Shown: positions 26,453 through 34,871 of the stretch, piece by piece | Position numbering within the stretch: the first letter of the stretch is position 1 | How the letters are laid out: each line of letters opens with the position of its first letter | Assembly: GCA_045804325.1 (NCBI GenBank) | Contig: JBJMNJ010000035.1 | Location: 423-64,422, forward strand | Length of the DNA: 64,000 bases | From: Gemmatimonadaceae bacterium | Lineage (GTDB): Bacteria; Gemmatimonadota; Gemmatimonadetes; Gemmatimonadales; Gemmatimonadaceae | Direction of reading: 5' to 3' | Notes under the pieces: model-generated | The model's database searches: none | Told to the model about the DNA's origin: nothing | What the model saw: only the letters and a program-made list of their open reading frames with translations | Program-made: the position numbers and the translations under genes

Positions 26453-26571
26453 GCGGCGTGAACGCGCAAGCTCAATGAGGGCACCGACTTCGGGCGCGCT
26501 GCCGGTTTGACGGGCCGGCTGGCAGCCGGGCTCGACCGTGACCCGGTCGCTGCCGCCGCCGTCCGAAGTGC

Positions 26572-28575
26572 ATGAGCCAGCGCCTCCCAGCCATCCCGAC
26601 GCCGCTCCTGCCGTGGTATAGGCATGCGGGCAAGGTCGTCATGGCCGCCGCCAGCACTGGCGCCGGTCTCGTCTCGATCTTCACGTTTCTCTACTCGTAC
26701 GGCGTCGTCGGCGAGTCGGAGAGCCACAAGACCATCGGCAACCTCGGCGCCGCCTGGGTCGGGCTCCAGCCCCGCAGCGACACCGCGACCGCCATCGGCG
26801 ACACGCTGCACCTCGCGGCGACGATCACCGACCGGAACGGCGCCGTGCTCGTCGGCGCGCGGCCGCTCTGGACGAGCGACCACCCCGAGGTGGCCGAGGT
26901 GCTCGCCGACGGCTCGGTGATCGCGAAGGGGCCGGGGCGCAGCACCGTCACCGTGGCCGTCGGCACCCTCACGGCGCGCGCACAGGTGCTCGTGCGTCCC
27001 CGCGTCACGACCGTCGAGGTGGCGGCCGAGAAGGGCGACAGCGCCATCGTCGTGCCCGAGGACGGAAGGCGTCCGCTGCGTGCGCGCGGACTCGACGCGC
27101 GCGGCCACGCCGTGCACGTGCAGGAGGTCGTCTGGCGGGCGGACGACAGCACGGTGGCCGCCGTCGACTCGACCGGCGCCGTGAGCGGCGTCGCCCCCGG
27201 CCGCACCATCGTCACGGCCACGATCGCCGGCGTGCAGGGGCACGCCGCGGTGACCGTGGCGCCGGCTCCGGCCGCGCTCGTCGCGCTGGCGGGCGGGTCG
27301 CAGTGGGCGCCCGCGGGCGACGCGCTACCGCAGCAGGTCGTCGTGCGCGTGACGAGCCGCCGCGACCGCGCCGTGGAGGGCGTGCTCGTGCGCTTCCGCC
27401 TGGCCGATGGCGCGGGGCGCGTGGCGCCCGAGGCCGCGCTCACCGACGCCGACGGCCGCGTGCGCGCGGCGTGGACGCTCGGCGCGCTGCCGGGGCGCCA
27501 GACGCTGCTCGCCTCGGTGGACAACGTGGACAGCGCGCTCACCATCGTGGCCGAGGCGGAGCCGGTGGCGGCGAACACGCGCGTGGCGCCGCTCGCCGAG
27601 TCGCCGATGGCGGCCGCGGGCGAGCGCCTCCCCGCTCCCGCGGGCGTGCGGCTCACCGACAGCACGGGGCGCGCGCTCGTCGGCGTCCCGGTGACGTGGA
27701 CGGCGCTCGACGGCGGCGCCGCGGAGGCCGTGGACGCGCGGACCGACTCCACGGGGGCGGCCCGAGTGAACTGGACGCTCGGCCCTCGCGCCGGCGCGCA
27801 GCGGCTGCGCGCGCAGGTGGGCGCCGGCCGCGGCGCGGACCCGGTGAAGCCGGTGACGCTCACGGCCGACGCGCTCCCGGGCGCGCCGGCGTCGCTCGTG
27901 GCCGTGAGCGGCGACGCGCAGCGCGGCACCGCGGGCGCGGCGCTCGCGCGCCCGCTGGTGGTTCGCGCGGTGGACGGGTCGGGGAACGGCGTCGCGGGTG
28001 TCGCGCTCGCGCTCGCGCCGGCGGCCGGCTCGGTGCCGGACACGGTTGCCCTCACGGACTCCACCGGCACAGCCCGCGTCCGGTGGACGCTCGGCCGCGC
28101 CGCGGGGGAGCAGGAGCTCGCCGTGCGAGTGGCGGGGCTGGCGCAGCCGCTCAAGCTCACGGCGCGCGCCGCGCCGGGGGCGGCCGCGAACATCGCGTTC
28201 GACGACGCGTCGTCCGGCAGGGGCGCGCACAAGGTCGCGGCGCTCGTGACCGACGAGTTCGGGAACCCGGTGGCGGACGTGCGCGTGCGGCTCACGGCGA
28301 GCGCGGGGCGCGTGACGCCGGAGCGCGCCGTGACGGACGCGAAGGGGCGCGTGAGCGTGACGTGGCAGCCGGGGCCCCGCGGCGGCGAGCAGACGCTCAC
28401 GGCGCGCGTGCTCGGCCGCGACGTCGTGGCCGGGCAGTACGTCGTGCTGGTCTCCGGCGGCGCGGGCACGCGCGCGGCGAAGCCGTCCCTCGCGCCGACG
28501 GCGCCCTCCGCGAAGCCGACGGCGAAGCCCGCCGCGAGGAGCGCGAAGCCCGCAGCGGCGAAGCGCCGGAGCTAG
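26572..28575 (+). CDS. membrane-anchored protein with bacterial Ig-like (Big_2 then Big_1/invasin-like) repeats
   Basis: 667-aa ORF with an N-terminal TM segment (VVMAAASTGAGLVSIFTFLYSY). Big_2-like segments (WTSDHPEVAEVLADGSVIAKGPGRSTVTV; WRADDSTVAAVDSTGAVSGVAPGRTIVTA). At least four repeats end in TDxxGxxRVxWTLG. Lys/Ala/Pro tail AKPTAKPAARSAKPAAAKRRS. Confidence 0.8.
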   Translation: MSQRLPAIPTPLLPWYRHAGKVVMAAASTGAGLVSIFTFLYSYGVVGESESHKTIGNLGAAWVGLQPRSDTATAIGDTLHLAATITDRNGAVLVGARPLWTSDHPEVAEVLADGSVIAKGPGRSTVTVAVGTLTARAQVLVRPRVTTVEVAAEKGDSAIVVPEDGRRPLRARGLDARGHAVHVQEVVWRADDSTVAAVDSTGAVSGVAPGRTIVTATIAGVQGHAAVTVAPAPAALVALAGGSQWAPAGDALPQQVVVRVTSRRDRAVEGVLVRFRLADGAGRVAPEAALTDADGRVRAAWTLGALPGRQTLLASVDNVDSALTIVAEAEPVAANTRVAPLAESPMAAAGERLPAPAGVRLTDSTGRALVGVPVTWTALDGGAAEAVDARTDSTGAARVNWTLGPRAGAQRLRAQVGAGRGADPVKPVTLTADALPGAPASLVAVSGDAQRGTAGAALARPLVVRAVDGSGNGVAGVALALAPAAGSVPDTVALTDSTGTARVRWTLGRAAGEQELAVRVAGLAQPLKLTARAAPGAAANIAFDDASSGRGAHKVAALVTDEFGNPVADVRVRLTASAGRVTPERAVTDAKGRVSVTWQPGPRGGEQTLTARVLGRDVVAGQYVVLVSGGAGTRAAKPSLAPTAPSAKPTAKPAARSAKPAAAKRRS

Positions 28576-28587
28576 CGGGCGCGCGCC

Positions 28588-28614
28588 GACTGCCGGCCGG
28601 TCCCCCCGGCAGTC
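28588..28614. terminator. GC-rich hairpin between convergent genes
   Basis: gactgccgg-ccggtcccc-ccggcagtc (perfect 9-bp stem), 13 nt after the stop of the Ig-repeat gene. There is no T-tract. Confidence 0.4.
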
Positions 28615-28852
28615 ACTGGACCCGAGACGCGTCGCGCTCACCAGGGCGCGCATCGCGCCGCGCCCAGCGCCGCAGCACCGCCCCCGCCGCGAGGAGCCCC
28701 GCCGCGCCGATGAAGGAGAGCTTGTAGATCACGACCTTCATCATGAAGGGCGAGAGCCGCGGCACGATGCCGAAGGCGAGCGCGAGCCCGGCCGCGACGC
28801 CGACGGCGAGGCCGGTGACGAGAAAGACGTTGGCGAGCTGAATGCGCCGCAT
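28613..28852 (-). CDS. small two-TM membrane protein (hypothetical)
   Basis: 79-aa ORF with two hydrophobic helices and high GC3. Confidence 0.5.
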   Translation of the reverse strand: MRRIQLANVFLVTGLAVGVAAGLALAFGIVPRLSPFMMKVVIYKLSFIGAAGLLAAGAVLRRWARRDARPGERDASRVQ

Positions 28853-28955
28853 CGGAGCTCCATAGGGGACACCAACCCTACGACGCGGGTGCCCGATGGT
28901 GTCGGCGCGCCGCGTCCCCCGCCGAGGCTAGCTCCGGGGCGCCCCCGACGCCATC

Positions 28956-29744
28956 GTGACCGGCATGCACACGAACGAGAGACCAGCGGGCCGCGTGGCC
29001 CTCGTCACGGGCGCCGCTCAGGGCGTCGGCAAGGGGATCGCGCTGGAGCTCGCGCGCGCCGGGTGGCGGGTGGCCGTGAACTACGTCGAGCGGCCGGAGC
29101 TCGCCGAGGGGACCGTCGCGGAGCTCCGCGCGCTGGGCGGCGATGGCGTGGCCGTGCGCGCCGACGTGCGCGCCGCCGCGGACGTGCGGCGGATGGTGGG
29201 CGAGGTCGTCGCGCGCCTCGGCCGGCTGGACCTCCTCGTGAACAACGCCGGCGTGCAGGCGGAGGCGCCGCTCCTCGAGGTGACCGAGGCGGACTGGGAC
29301 CGCGTCATCGCGACGAACCTCACGGGGACGTTCCTCTGCACGCAGGCCGCCGCGCTGCACATGCGCGACCACGGCGGCGGGTCGATCGTGAACGTCGGCT
29401 CCGGGTCGAACAAGGTGCCGTTCCCGCGCCTCGCCGCCTACACGGCGAGCAAGGGCGGCGTCGAGATGCTCACGCGCGCCGCCGCCGTCGAGCTCGGCCC
29501 GTTAGGCATCCGGGTGAACTGCGTCGCCCCGGGCGCCGTCGAGATCGAGCGGACGCGGCGCGAGAGTCCCGACTATGCGGGCACGTGGGGCCGGTTCGCG
29601 CCGCTCGGGCGGGTCGGCACGCCGGCCGACGTCGGCGCCGCCGTGGCCTTCCTCGCGAGCGACGCGGCGGCGTTCGTGACGGGGCAGACGCTGTACGTGG
29701 ACGGCGGCGTGTTCACGCAGGCGCCGTGGGCGTACGGGGCGTGA
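28956..29744 (+). CDS. short-chain dehydrogenase/reductase (FabG / glucose 1-dehydrogenase-like)
   Basis: 262-aa ORF with cofactor motif TGAAQGVGKGIA, NNAG, and catalytic YTASKGG. Confidence 0.9.
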   Translation: MTGMHTNERPAGRVALVTGAAQGVGKGIALELARAGWRVAVNYVERPELAEGTVAELRALGGDGVAVRADVRAAADVRRMVGEVVARLGRLDLLVNNAGVQAEAPLLEVTEADWDRVIATNLTGTFLCTQAAALHMRDHGGGSIVNVGSGSNKVPFPRLAAYTASKGGVEMLTRAAAVELGPLGIRVNCVAPGAVEIERTRRESPDYAGTWGRFAPLGRVGTPADVGAAVAFLASDAAAFVTGQTLYVDGGVFTQAPWAYGA

Positions 29745-30522
29745 CCGCGCCGGGCCCGCCGCGCAGCGTGTCGTCGAGCAGGGCGAGCAGCGTCCGCCAG
29801 TGCCGCGCCGCCGCGGCGGCGTCGTGCGCGCGGGTGTCGCGCGGCACGAAGCCGTGGAGCGCGTCGTAGGTCTCGATCGTGTGCTCCACGCCCGCGGCCG
29901 AGAGCGCCGCGTCGAGCCGCGCCTTCTGCGCGTCGTCGAAGCTCCGGTCCTCCTTCGCGCCGCCGACGTAGACGCGCGCCCGCATCCGCGGCGCGAGCAG
30001 GTGTGGGCTGTCGGGCGCGTCGGTGGCGAGGCCGCCCGGGTGATACGACGCGGCCGCCGCGACGCGCTCGGGGAAGTGGCCGGCCGCCGCCAGGGAGAGC
30101 CGCCCGCCCATGCAGTACCCTACCGTCGCGATCGCGCCCCGTCGGACGGTCGGCCGCGCATCGAGGTGCTCGAGAAAAGCGGGCACGTCGTGCATGACCT
30201 TCCCGGCGCTCACCGTCGGGAGCACCTGCGCGGTCCAGTGGGCGCGCACCGCGGGATCGCTGAAGAGCGAGCCGTCCTCGGGCGGACGGAAGCCGCTGCG
30301 GTAGTACAGGTCGGGGAGCGCCGCGACGTAGCCGTGCGCCGCCAGCCGCTCGGCGATCTCGAGCATCGCCGGGCGAATGCCGTGCGCGTCCATGAAGACG
30401 AGGACGCCGGGCCACGGTCCACCGCCCTCCGGCTCGAAGACTTCCGTGGGGCAGACGCCGTCCCCAGTGTGGATGTCGATCGTGTCGTGCGGAATCGGCG
30501 GCTCCGGCTCGGGGTGCTGCAA
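29713..30522 (-). CDS. dienelactone hydrolase family protein
   Basis: Frame of ORF 29713..30711, with the start set at TTG 30522 because there is no ATG or GTG nearby. GVLVFMDAHGIRP...GYCMGGRL (nucleophile elbow with Cys)...HGF pattern is typical of DLH. Confidence 0.75.
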   Translation of the reverse strand: MQHPEPEPPIPHDTIDIHTGDGVCPTEVFEPEGGGPWPGVLVFMDAHGIRPAMLEIAERLAAHGYVAALPDLYYRSGFRPPEDGSLFSDPAVRAHWTAQVLPTVSAGKVMHDVPAFLEHLDARPTVRRGAIATVGYCMGGRLSLAAAGHFPERVAAAASYHPGGLATDAPDSPHLLAPRMRARVYVGGAKEDRSFDDAQKARLDAALSAAGVEHTIETYDALHGFVPRDTRAHDAAAAARHWRTLLALLDDTLRGGPGAVTPRTPTAPA

Positions 30523-30673
30523 GATAGCGCTGCGCGGTGGTGCGGCATTCGCCCTCCCGCGCCCGGCACTTCCCTGCCCGGCGTTAGGGCGGACGACGAC
30601 AGACTGGGTCCTCCGCCCATCTCCATCTTCGGGCGTGCATTCGAGCCGCCCCGAACACCCGGAGGAGGGGACC

Positions 30674-31351
30674 ATGAGCACGCTCGCCACCGGCCTCGCC
30701 CACGAGGCCACCCGTCACCCGCTGGAAGTGCGCGTCGAGCCGGCACTCGATCATCGCAACCGGCTCACCGTCGCCTTCCGGCCGCTGCTCGCCATCCCGC
30801 ACATCGTCCTCGTCGGCGGACCGGTCGCGGCCGCGCTCACCTGGGCGACGCGCTCCACGCCGGGCGGCCGGGTCGAGTGGGGCGCGGGCGGCGGGGTGCT
30901 CGGCGCCGTCGCCGTGGTGTGCGCCGTCATCGCCTGGTTCGCGATCCTCGCCACGGGCCGACACCCCGGCGGGCTGCGCGAGCTCGCCGTCTTCTACCTC
31001 CGGTGGCGCGTGCGCGCCATCGGGTACCAGGTGCTCCTGCGCGACGAGTACCCGCCGTTCGGCGAGGCCCCCTACCCCGTCGAGCTCGTGGTCGAGCTTC
31101 CCGCGAAGCCACGCGACAAGGCCTCGGTCGCCTTCAGGATCATCCTCGCGATCCCCCAGCTGCTCGTGCTCTGGGCGTTGTCGATCGCGTGGGCCGTCGT
31201 CACGCTCGTCGCGTGGTTCGCGGTGCTCTTCACGGGGCGCCATCCCGCGGGGCTGTACGGCTTCTCGGTCGGCGCGCTGCGGTGGACGACGCGCGTCGAG
31301 GCGTACCTGCTGCTGCTGCACGACGAGTATCCGCCGTTCTCGCTCGCCTGA
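30674..31351 (+). CDS. DUF4389-like membrane protein (two tandem repeats)
   Basis: Frame of ORF 30377..31351, trimmed to ATG 30674 with GGAGGAGGGG upstream. Two repeats of the pattern FRxxLAIPxxxVL...AWFAILxTGRHPxGL...LRWxxRxxxYxxLLxDEYPPF. Confidence 0.7.
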   Translation: MSTLATGLAHEATRHPLEVRVEPALDHRNRLTVAFRPLLAIPHIVLVGGPVAAALTWATRSTPGGRVEWGAGGGVLGAVAVVCAVIAWFAILATGRHPGGLRELAVFYLRWRVRAIGYQVLLRDEYPPFGEAPYPVELVVELPAKPRDKASVAFRIILAIPQLLVLWALSIAWAVVTLVAWFAVLFTGRHPAGLYGFSVGALRWTTRVEAYLLLLHDEYPPFSLA

Positions 31352-31620
31352 GCGACGGCTCTACGTCCCGCACCGGCACCCGTCGCCCCACCAGCCCGAC
31401 GAGCACCCGCAGCGGCAGCGCCGCCACCGCGCTTCCGACCGCGAGCAGGATGGTGACCGCCGACGCGTAGGAGCGCGCCGGGCATGATGGCCGAAGCCTC
31501 GTAGAGCGAGCCGAGGTGCGGGTTCGGGGCACGCACGCCCGCGGCTTGGCTTACGCACCGGCTGCCATCCCCGGACAGACCTCTACGTCCAATGGCGGCA
31601 TCCTGCATGGGAGGCCAGAC

Positions 31621-32973
31621 ATGTCACTGCCCGCGGCCGGCGTCGGCCGGGCCCGCGGAGACGTTTCGCCGGAGGGCGGACACATGGATCCCACCACGCA
31701 GTCCACGCTCGCCGCGCGCGCGACCGATAGCGCGCCGCTCGTCCCACCCGACCCGCCGCGCCGCGGCCCCGTACTGGTCGCCACCGACGGCGCGCGACAC
31801 GCCGACGCGGCGCTGCTGGTCGGGAAGCTCCTCGCCGAGCGCGCCGGCGCGCCGCTCCGGGTGCTCAGCGTGGTGGACACGGTGCTGCTGCCGACGACGG
31901 CCGGCAGGCCGAACCCCAGCGCGCAGCCGCTCGACGAGATGCGCTGCGCCGAGCGGCTGCGCGCGGTGCACGCGCAGGTGGATCGACTCATCCGCGGCGC
32001 CGACCTCCAATCGACCGACGTCGTCACCGGCATCCCCGCGCGCGCCATCGCGCGCATCGCGGCCGAGTGCGACGCGCGCGCGATCGTCGTCGGCCTCGGC
32101 GCGCACCGCCTGCGCGACCGCGTGGTCGGCACCGAGACGGCGCTGCAGCTCACCCGCCTCGCCGACGTGCCCGTGCTCGCGGTGCCCCCGGGCGTCACGG
32201 CGCTCCCGCGACGCGCCGTGGTCGCGGTGGACTTCTCGCCGTTCAGCCTCCGCGCCGCGCGCGCCGCGCTCGAGCTCGTCCGGCGCGGCGCCACCGTCTA
32301 CCTCGCGCACGTCGTCTCCAGCATCGGCGACCTCACCGGCGCGCTCGAGCGCTCGGAGGACGACGTGGGCGTGGACGAGGCGTTCGCGCACCTGGCGGGC
32401 GACCTGTCCGTGCGAGACGACGTCGTGCTGGAGGTCGCCGCGCTCCACGGCGAGCCCGCCGAGTCCGTGCTCGAGTTCGCGCAGGCCGGCGGCGCCGACC
32501 TGATCGTGGCGGGAAGTCACGGACACGGCTTCTTCGAGCGGCTCGTCGTCGGCAGCGTCGCGACGAAGATCCTCCGCTCGGCGGCGTGCATGGTGCTGGT
32601 CGTACCGCCGTCGCCGGCGCGGGCGCCGGGCCGCGAGCGCCCCGACCCCGGCGTCGAGATGGAGCGCTGGGAGCAGCGCCTGCGCGCGTTCACGCAGCGG
32701 AACGCCGGCCGGCGGTGCTCGCTCGAGGTGGACGACCCCGCGCTCGGCGCGCAGGTGCAGGCGCGCGACTACCCGTTCCTCGGCGCCGACTACGACCACC
32801 GCGACCACCGCGTGGACATCGCGCTCGGCGACGAATCCACCGGCGGCCGGCACCTCACGCGCACGATCCCCGACGTGCACGCCGTGGACGTCGTGGAGGC
32901 GGGCCCGGGACACGTGGACGTGCTCCGCGTCTCGCACGGGAGGGGTCAGTCGCTCGTGTTCGTCCCGCGGTGA
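31621..32973 (+). CDS. tandem universal stress protein (UspA) domains with a C-terminal DUF5335-like domain
   Basis: Frame of ORF 31516..32973. ATG at 31621 (GGGAGG upstream) or ATG at 31684. Two Usp modules (VLVATDGARHADAAL...; AVVAVDFSPFSLRAA...GADLIVAGSHGHGFFERLVVGSVATKILRSAACMVLVVP). The roughly 120-aa tail RWEQRLRAFTQRNAGRRCSLEVDDPALGAQ... is assigned to DUF5335 only tentatively. Confidence 0.75.
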   Translation: MSLPAAGVGRARGDVSPEGGHMDPTTQSTLAARATDSAPLVPPDPPRRGPVLVATDGARHADAALLVGKLLAERAGAPLRVLSVVDTVLLPTTAGRPNPSAQPLDEMRCAERLRAVHAQVDRLIRGADLQSTDVVTGIPARAIARIAAECDARAIVVGLGAHRLRDRVVGTETALQLTRLADVPVLAVPPGVTALPRRAVVAVDFSPFSLRAARAALELVRRGATVYLAHVVSSIGDLTGALERSEDDVGVDEAFAHLAGDLSVRDDVVLEVAALHGEPAESVLEFAQAGGADLIVAGSHGHGFFERLVVGSVATKILRSAACMVLVVPPSPARAPGRERPDPGVEMERWEQRLRAFTQRNAGRRCSLEVDDPALGAQVQARDYPFLGADYDHRDHRVDIALGDESTGGRHLTRTIPDVHAVDVVEAGPGHVDVLRVSHGRGQSLVFVPR

Positions 32974-32994
32974 GCGGCGCCTGGGTGCGGCGCG

Positions 32995-34035
32995 TCAGTC
33001 CGCGACGCGCAGCACCGTCGCGCCCCGGATGCCGCCGCGCCGCACCGCGGCGAGCGCGTCGTTCGCCCGCTCGAGGGGGAGCTCGTCCACGGTGGGCCGT
33101 AGGCCGAGCGCGTCGGCGGCCTCGAGCACCTCGCGCACGTCGGCGCGCGCGACGTTGGCGACGCTCGCGACCTCCCGCTCGCGCCACAGGTGCGCGGCGT
33201 AGTCGAGGCGGAGCAGCTCCGCGCGGTCCGCGTCCGCCTTGCGGATGGCGTTGATCACGAGCCGCCCGCCGGGCGCGAGCCGCGCGAGCGCCTCCACCAC
33301 CGGCTTCCAGGCGGGCGTCGTGTCGATGACCGCCGACGGCGGCTCCGGCGGCTCGTCGGTGGTGTCCCCCACCCACGCGGCGCCGAGCGCGCGCGCGAAC
33401 GCACGCTCCGCGTCGCTGCGCGCGAAGACGAACACCGGCGAGCGCGGGTACCGGTGCCGCGCGAGCTGGAGCACGAGGTGCGCGGACGCGCCGAAGCCCG
33501 TGAGCCCGAGCGGCTCGCCGTCGACGAGTCGCGCCAGACGTAGAGAGCGCCAGCCGATCGCCCCGGCACACAGCAGCGGCGCCGCTTCGGCGTCGGGGAT
33601 GTCCGCCGGCAGCGCGTGCGCGAAGGCGGCCGGCACGGTGAGCCACTCCGCGTAGCCCCCGGCCGCGTCGCAGCCGGTCGCGCGGAAGCGCGGGCACAGG
33701 TTCTCGCGGCCCTCGCGGCACCACCGGCACGCGCCGCACGCCGAGTGGATCCAGGCGACGCCGACGCGGTCCCCCTCGCGGAAGCCCGCGGCGCCCGCGC
33801 CTAACGCGTCCACCGTGCCGACGACCTGGTGGCCCGGTACGACCGGGTAGCTCGGCGCCGCGAGGCGGCCCTCCGCGAGGTCGAGGTCCGTGCGGCAGAC
33901 GCCGCACCGGCGCACGCGGACGCGCAGCTCGCCGGCGGCGGGGACCGGCGCCGGCACGTCGGCCGCCTCGAGCGGCACCCAGGCGGGCAACCCGGGCGCC
34001 CACGGCGAGGGCGCCCGGAGGATCATCGCGCGCAT
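32995..34035 (-). CDS. zinc-dependent alcohol dehydrogenase (MDR superfamily)
   Basis: 346-aa ORF. GELRVRVRRCGVCRTDLDLAEG...PVVPGHQVVGTV and structural-zinc Cys cluster CGACRWCREGRENLC. Confidence 0.9.
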   Translation of the reverse strand: MRAMILRAPSPWAPGLPAWVPLEAADVPAPVPAAGELRVRVRRCGVCRTDLDLAEGRLAAPSYPVVPGHQVVGTVDALGAGAAGFREGDRVGVAWIHSACGACRWCREGRENLCPRFRATGCDAAGGYAEWLTVPAAFAHALPADIPDAEAAPLLCAGAIGWRSLRLARLVDGEPLGLTGFGASAHLVLQLARHRYPRSPVFVFARSDAERAFARALGAAWVGDTTDEPPEPPSAVIDTTPAWKPVVEALARLAPGGRLVINAIRKADADRAELLRLDYAAHLWREREVASVANVARADVREVLEAADALGLRPTVDELPLERANDALAAVRRGGIRGATVLRVAD

Positions 34036-34083
34036 CGCCGGCCCTCCGTCACGTCGTCGCCCCGAGCGCGTGGTCCCGGAACG

Positions 34084-34698
34084 CTAAGCGGTCACCGGCT
34101 GGTGCGCCTCCGTCGGACGGGCCAGCGGGCCGGCGAGCGGGCCGGCCGGCAGGCCGGCCAGCGCGCCGGCGAACGCGTCCGCGAACCCGTCGACCTGCGC
34201 CCAGTCCGTCATCTCGTGGTCGCGCGAGGTGTCGGTCGGCGCGCCGTTCTGCGCGGCGATGCGTCGCATGACCCACCGCAGCAGTGGGTTGTAGCGCGTG
34301 TACGCCAGCGCGCCCGCCACGATCGCGACGTGCGCGGGCCGCCAGCCACTCTCGCCCAGCAGCTCGTCCGCGTAGCGCCGCGCCTCGGCCCGCGCCGCGT
34401 CGGTCCGACCTCCCGCCGACCCGCTGACGGAGAAGAAGGCGCTCGGGCGATCGTTCAGTGCGTCGCGCTCGGCGCGCACGAACCGCCGGACGCGCTTCTG
34501 ATGGCGCCCGAAGGTGACGGAGCTGCCGACGACGACGGCGTCGAAGTCGCGCGCCGAGAGGAAGCGCGGGAGCTCGTCCGCGTCCACCAGGGTCACGACG
34601 TGACCGCGGGCCTCGAGCCGGCGGGCCACGTGCTCGGCGATCTTGCCGGTCTGACCGTGGGTGGTGGCGTAGACGACGAGCACGCGGCGCGGGGGCAT
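34084..34698 (-). CDS. hemG: HemG-like flavodoxin-domain protein (possible menaquinone-dependent protoporphyrinogen oxidase)
   Basis: Frame of ORF 34084..36429, trimmed to ATG 34698 with GGAGGAG upstream. VLVVYATTHGQTGKIAE...VVVGSSVTFGRH...AFFSVSG...VAGALAYTRYNPLLRWVMRRIA...MTDWAQVDGFA follows the E. coli HemG layout, including the long-loop segment. Confidence 0.7.
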   Translation of the reverse strand: MPPRRVLVVYATTHGQTGKIAEHVARRLEARGHVVTLVDADELPRFLSARDFDAVVVGSSVTFGRHQKRVRRFVRAERDALNDRPSAFFSVSGSAGGRTDAARAEARRYADELLGESGWRPAHVAIVAGALAYTRYNPLLRWVMRRIAAQNGAPTDTSRDHEMTDWAQVDGFADAFAGALAGLPAGPLAGPLARPTEAHQPVTA

Positions 34699-34871
34699 GG
34701 GCTCCTCCAGTGTGGACGCTGCCCAGGGTAGCGCCGCCCGCGCCGGGCGAGAATCCGCATCGCCCCTACCGCGCGTGCGGTTTCCGCCTGCGGATTCCGC
34801 CTGCAGTGTCTGCGTTCTGGAAAGACGTGGTCGCCTACTACCGCGAACGCACCGACCGGCAGGCGGCGACG

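Noticed and set aside
31361-31558. Small minus-strand ORFs in the 270-330-bp gap between the DUF4389 and Usp genes, one containing a hydrophobic stretch (AVTILLAVGSAVAALPLRVLVGLVG).
   Set aside because: There is no convincing start or RBS, and the frame runs on antisense into the DUF4389 gene. It may be a real mini-protein, but the evidence is too thin to call.
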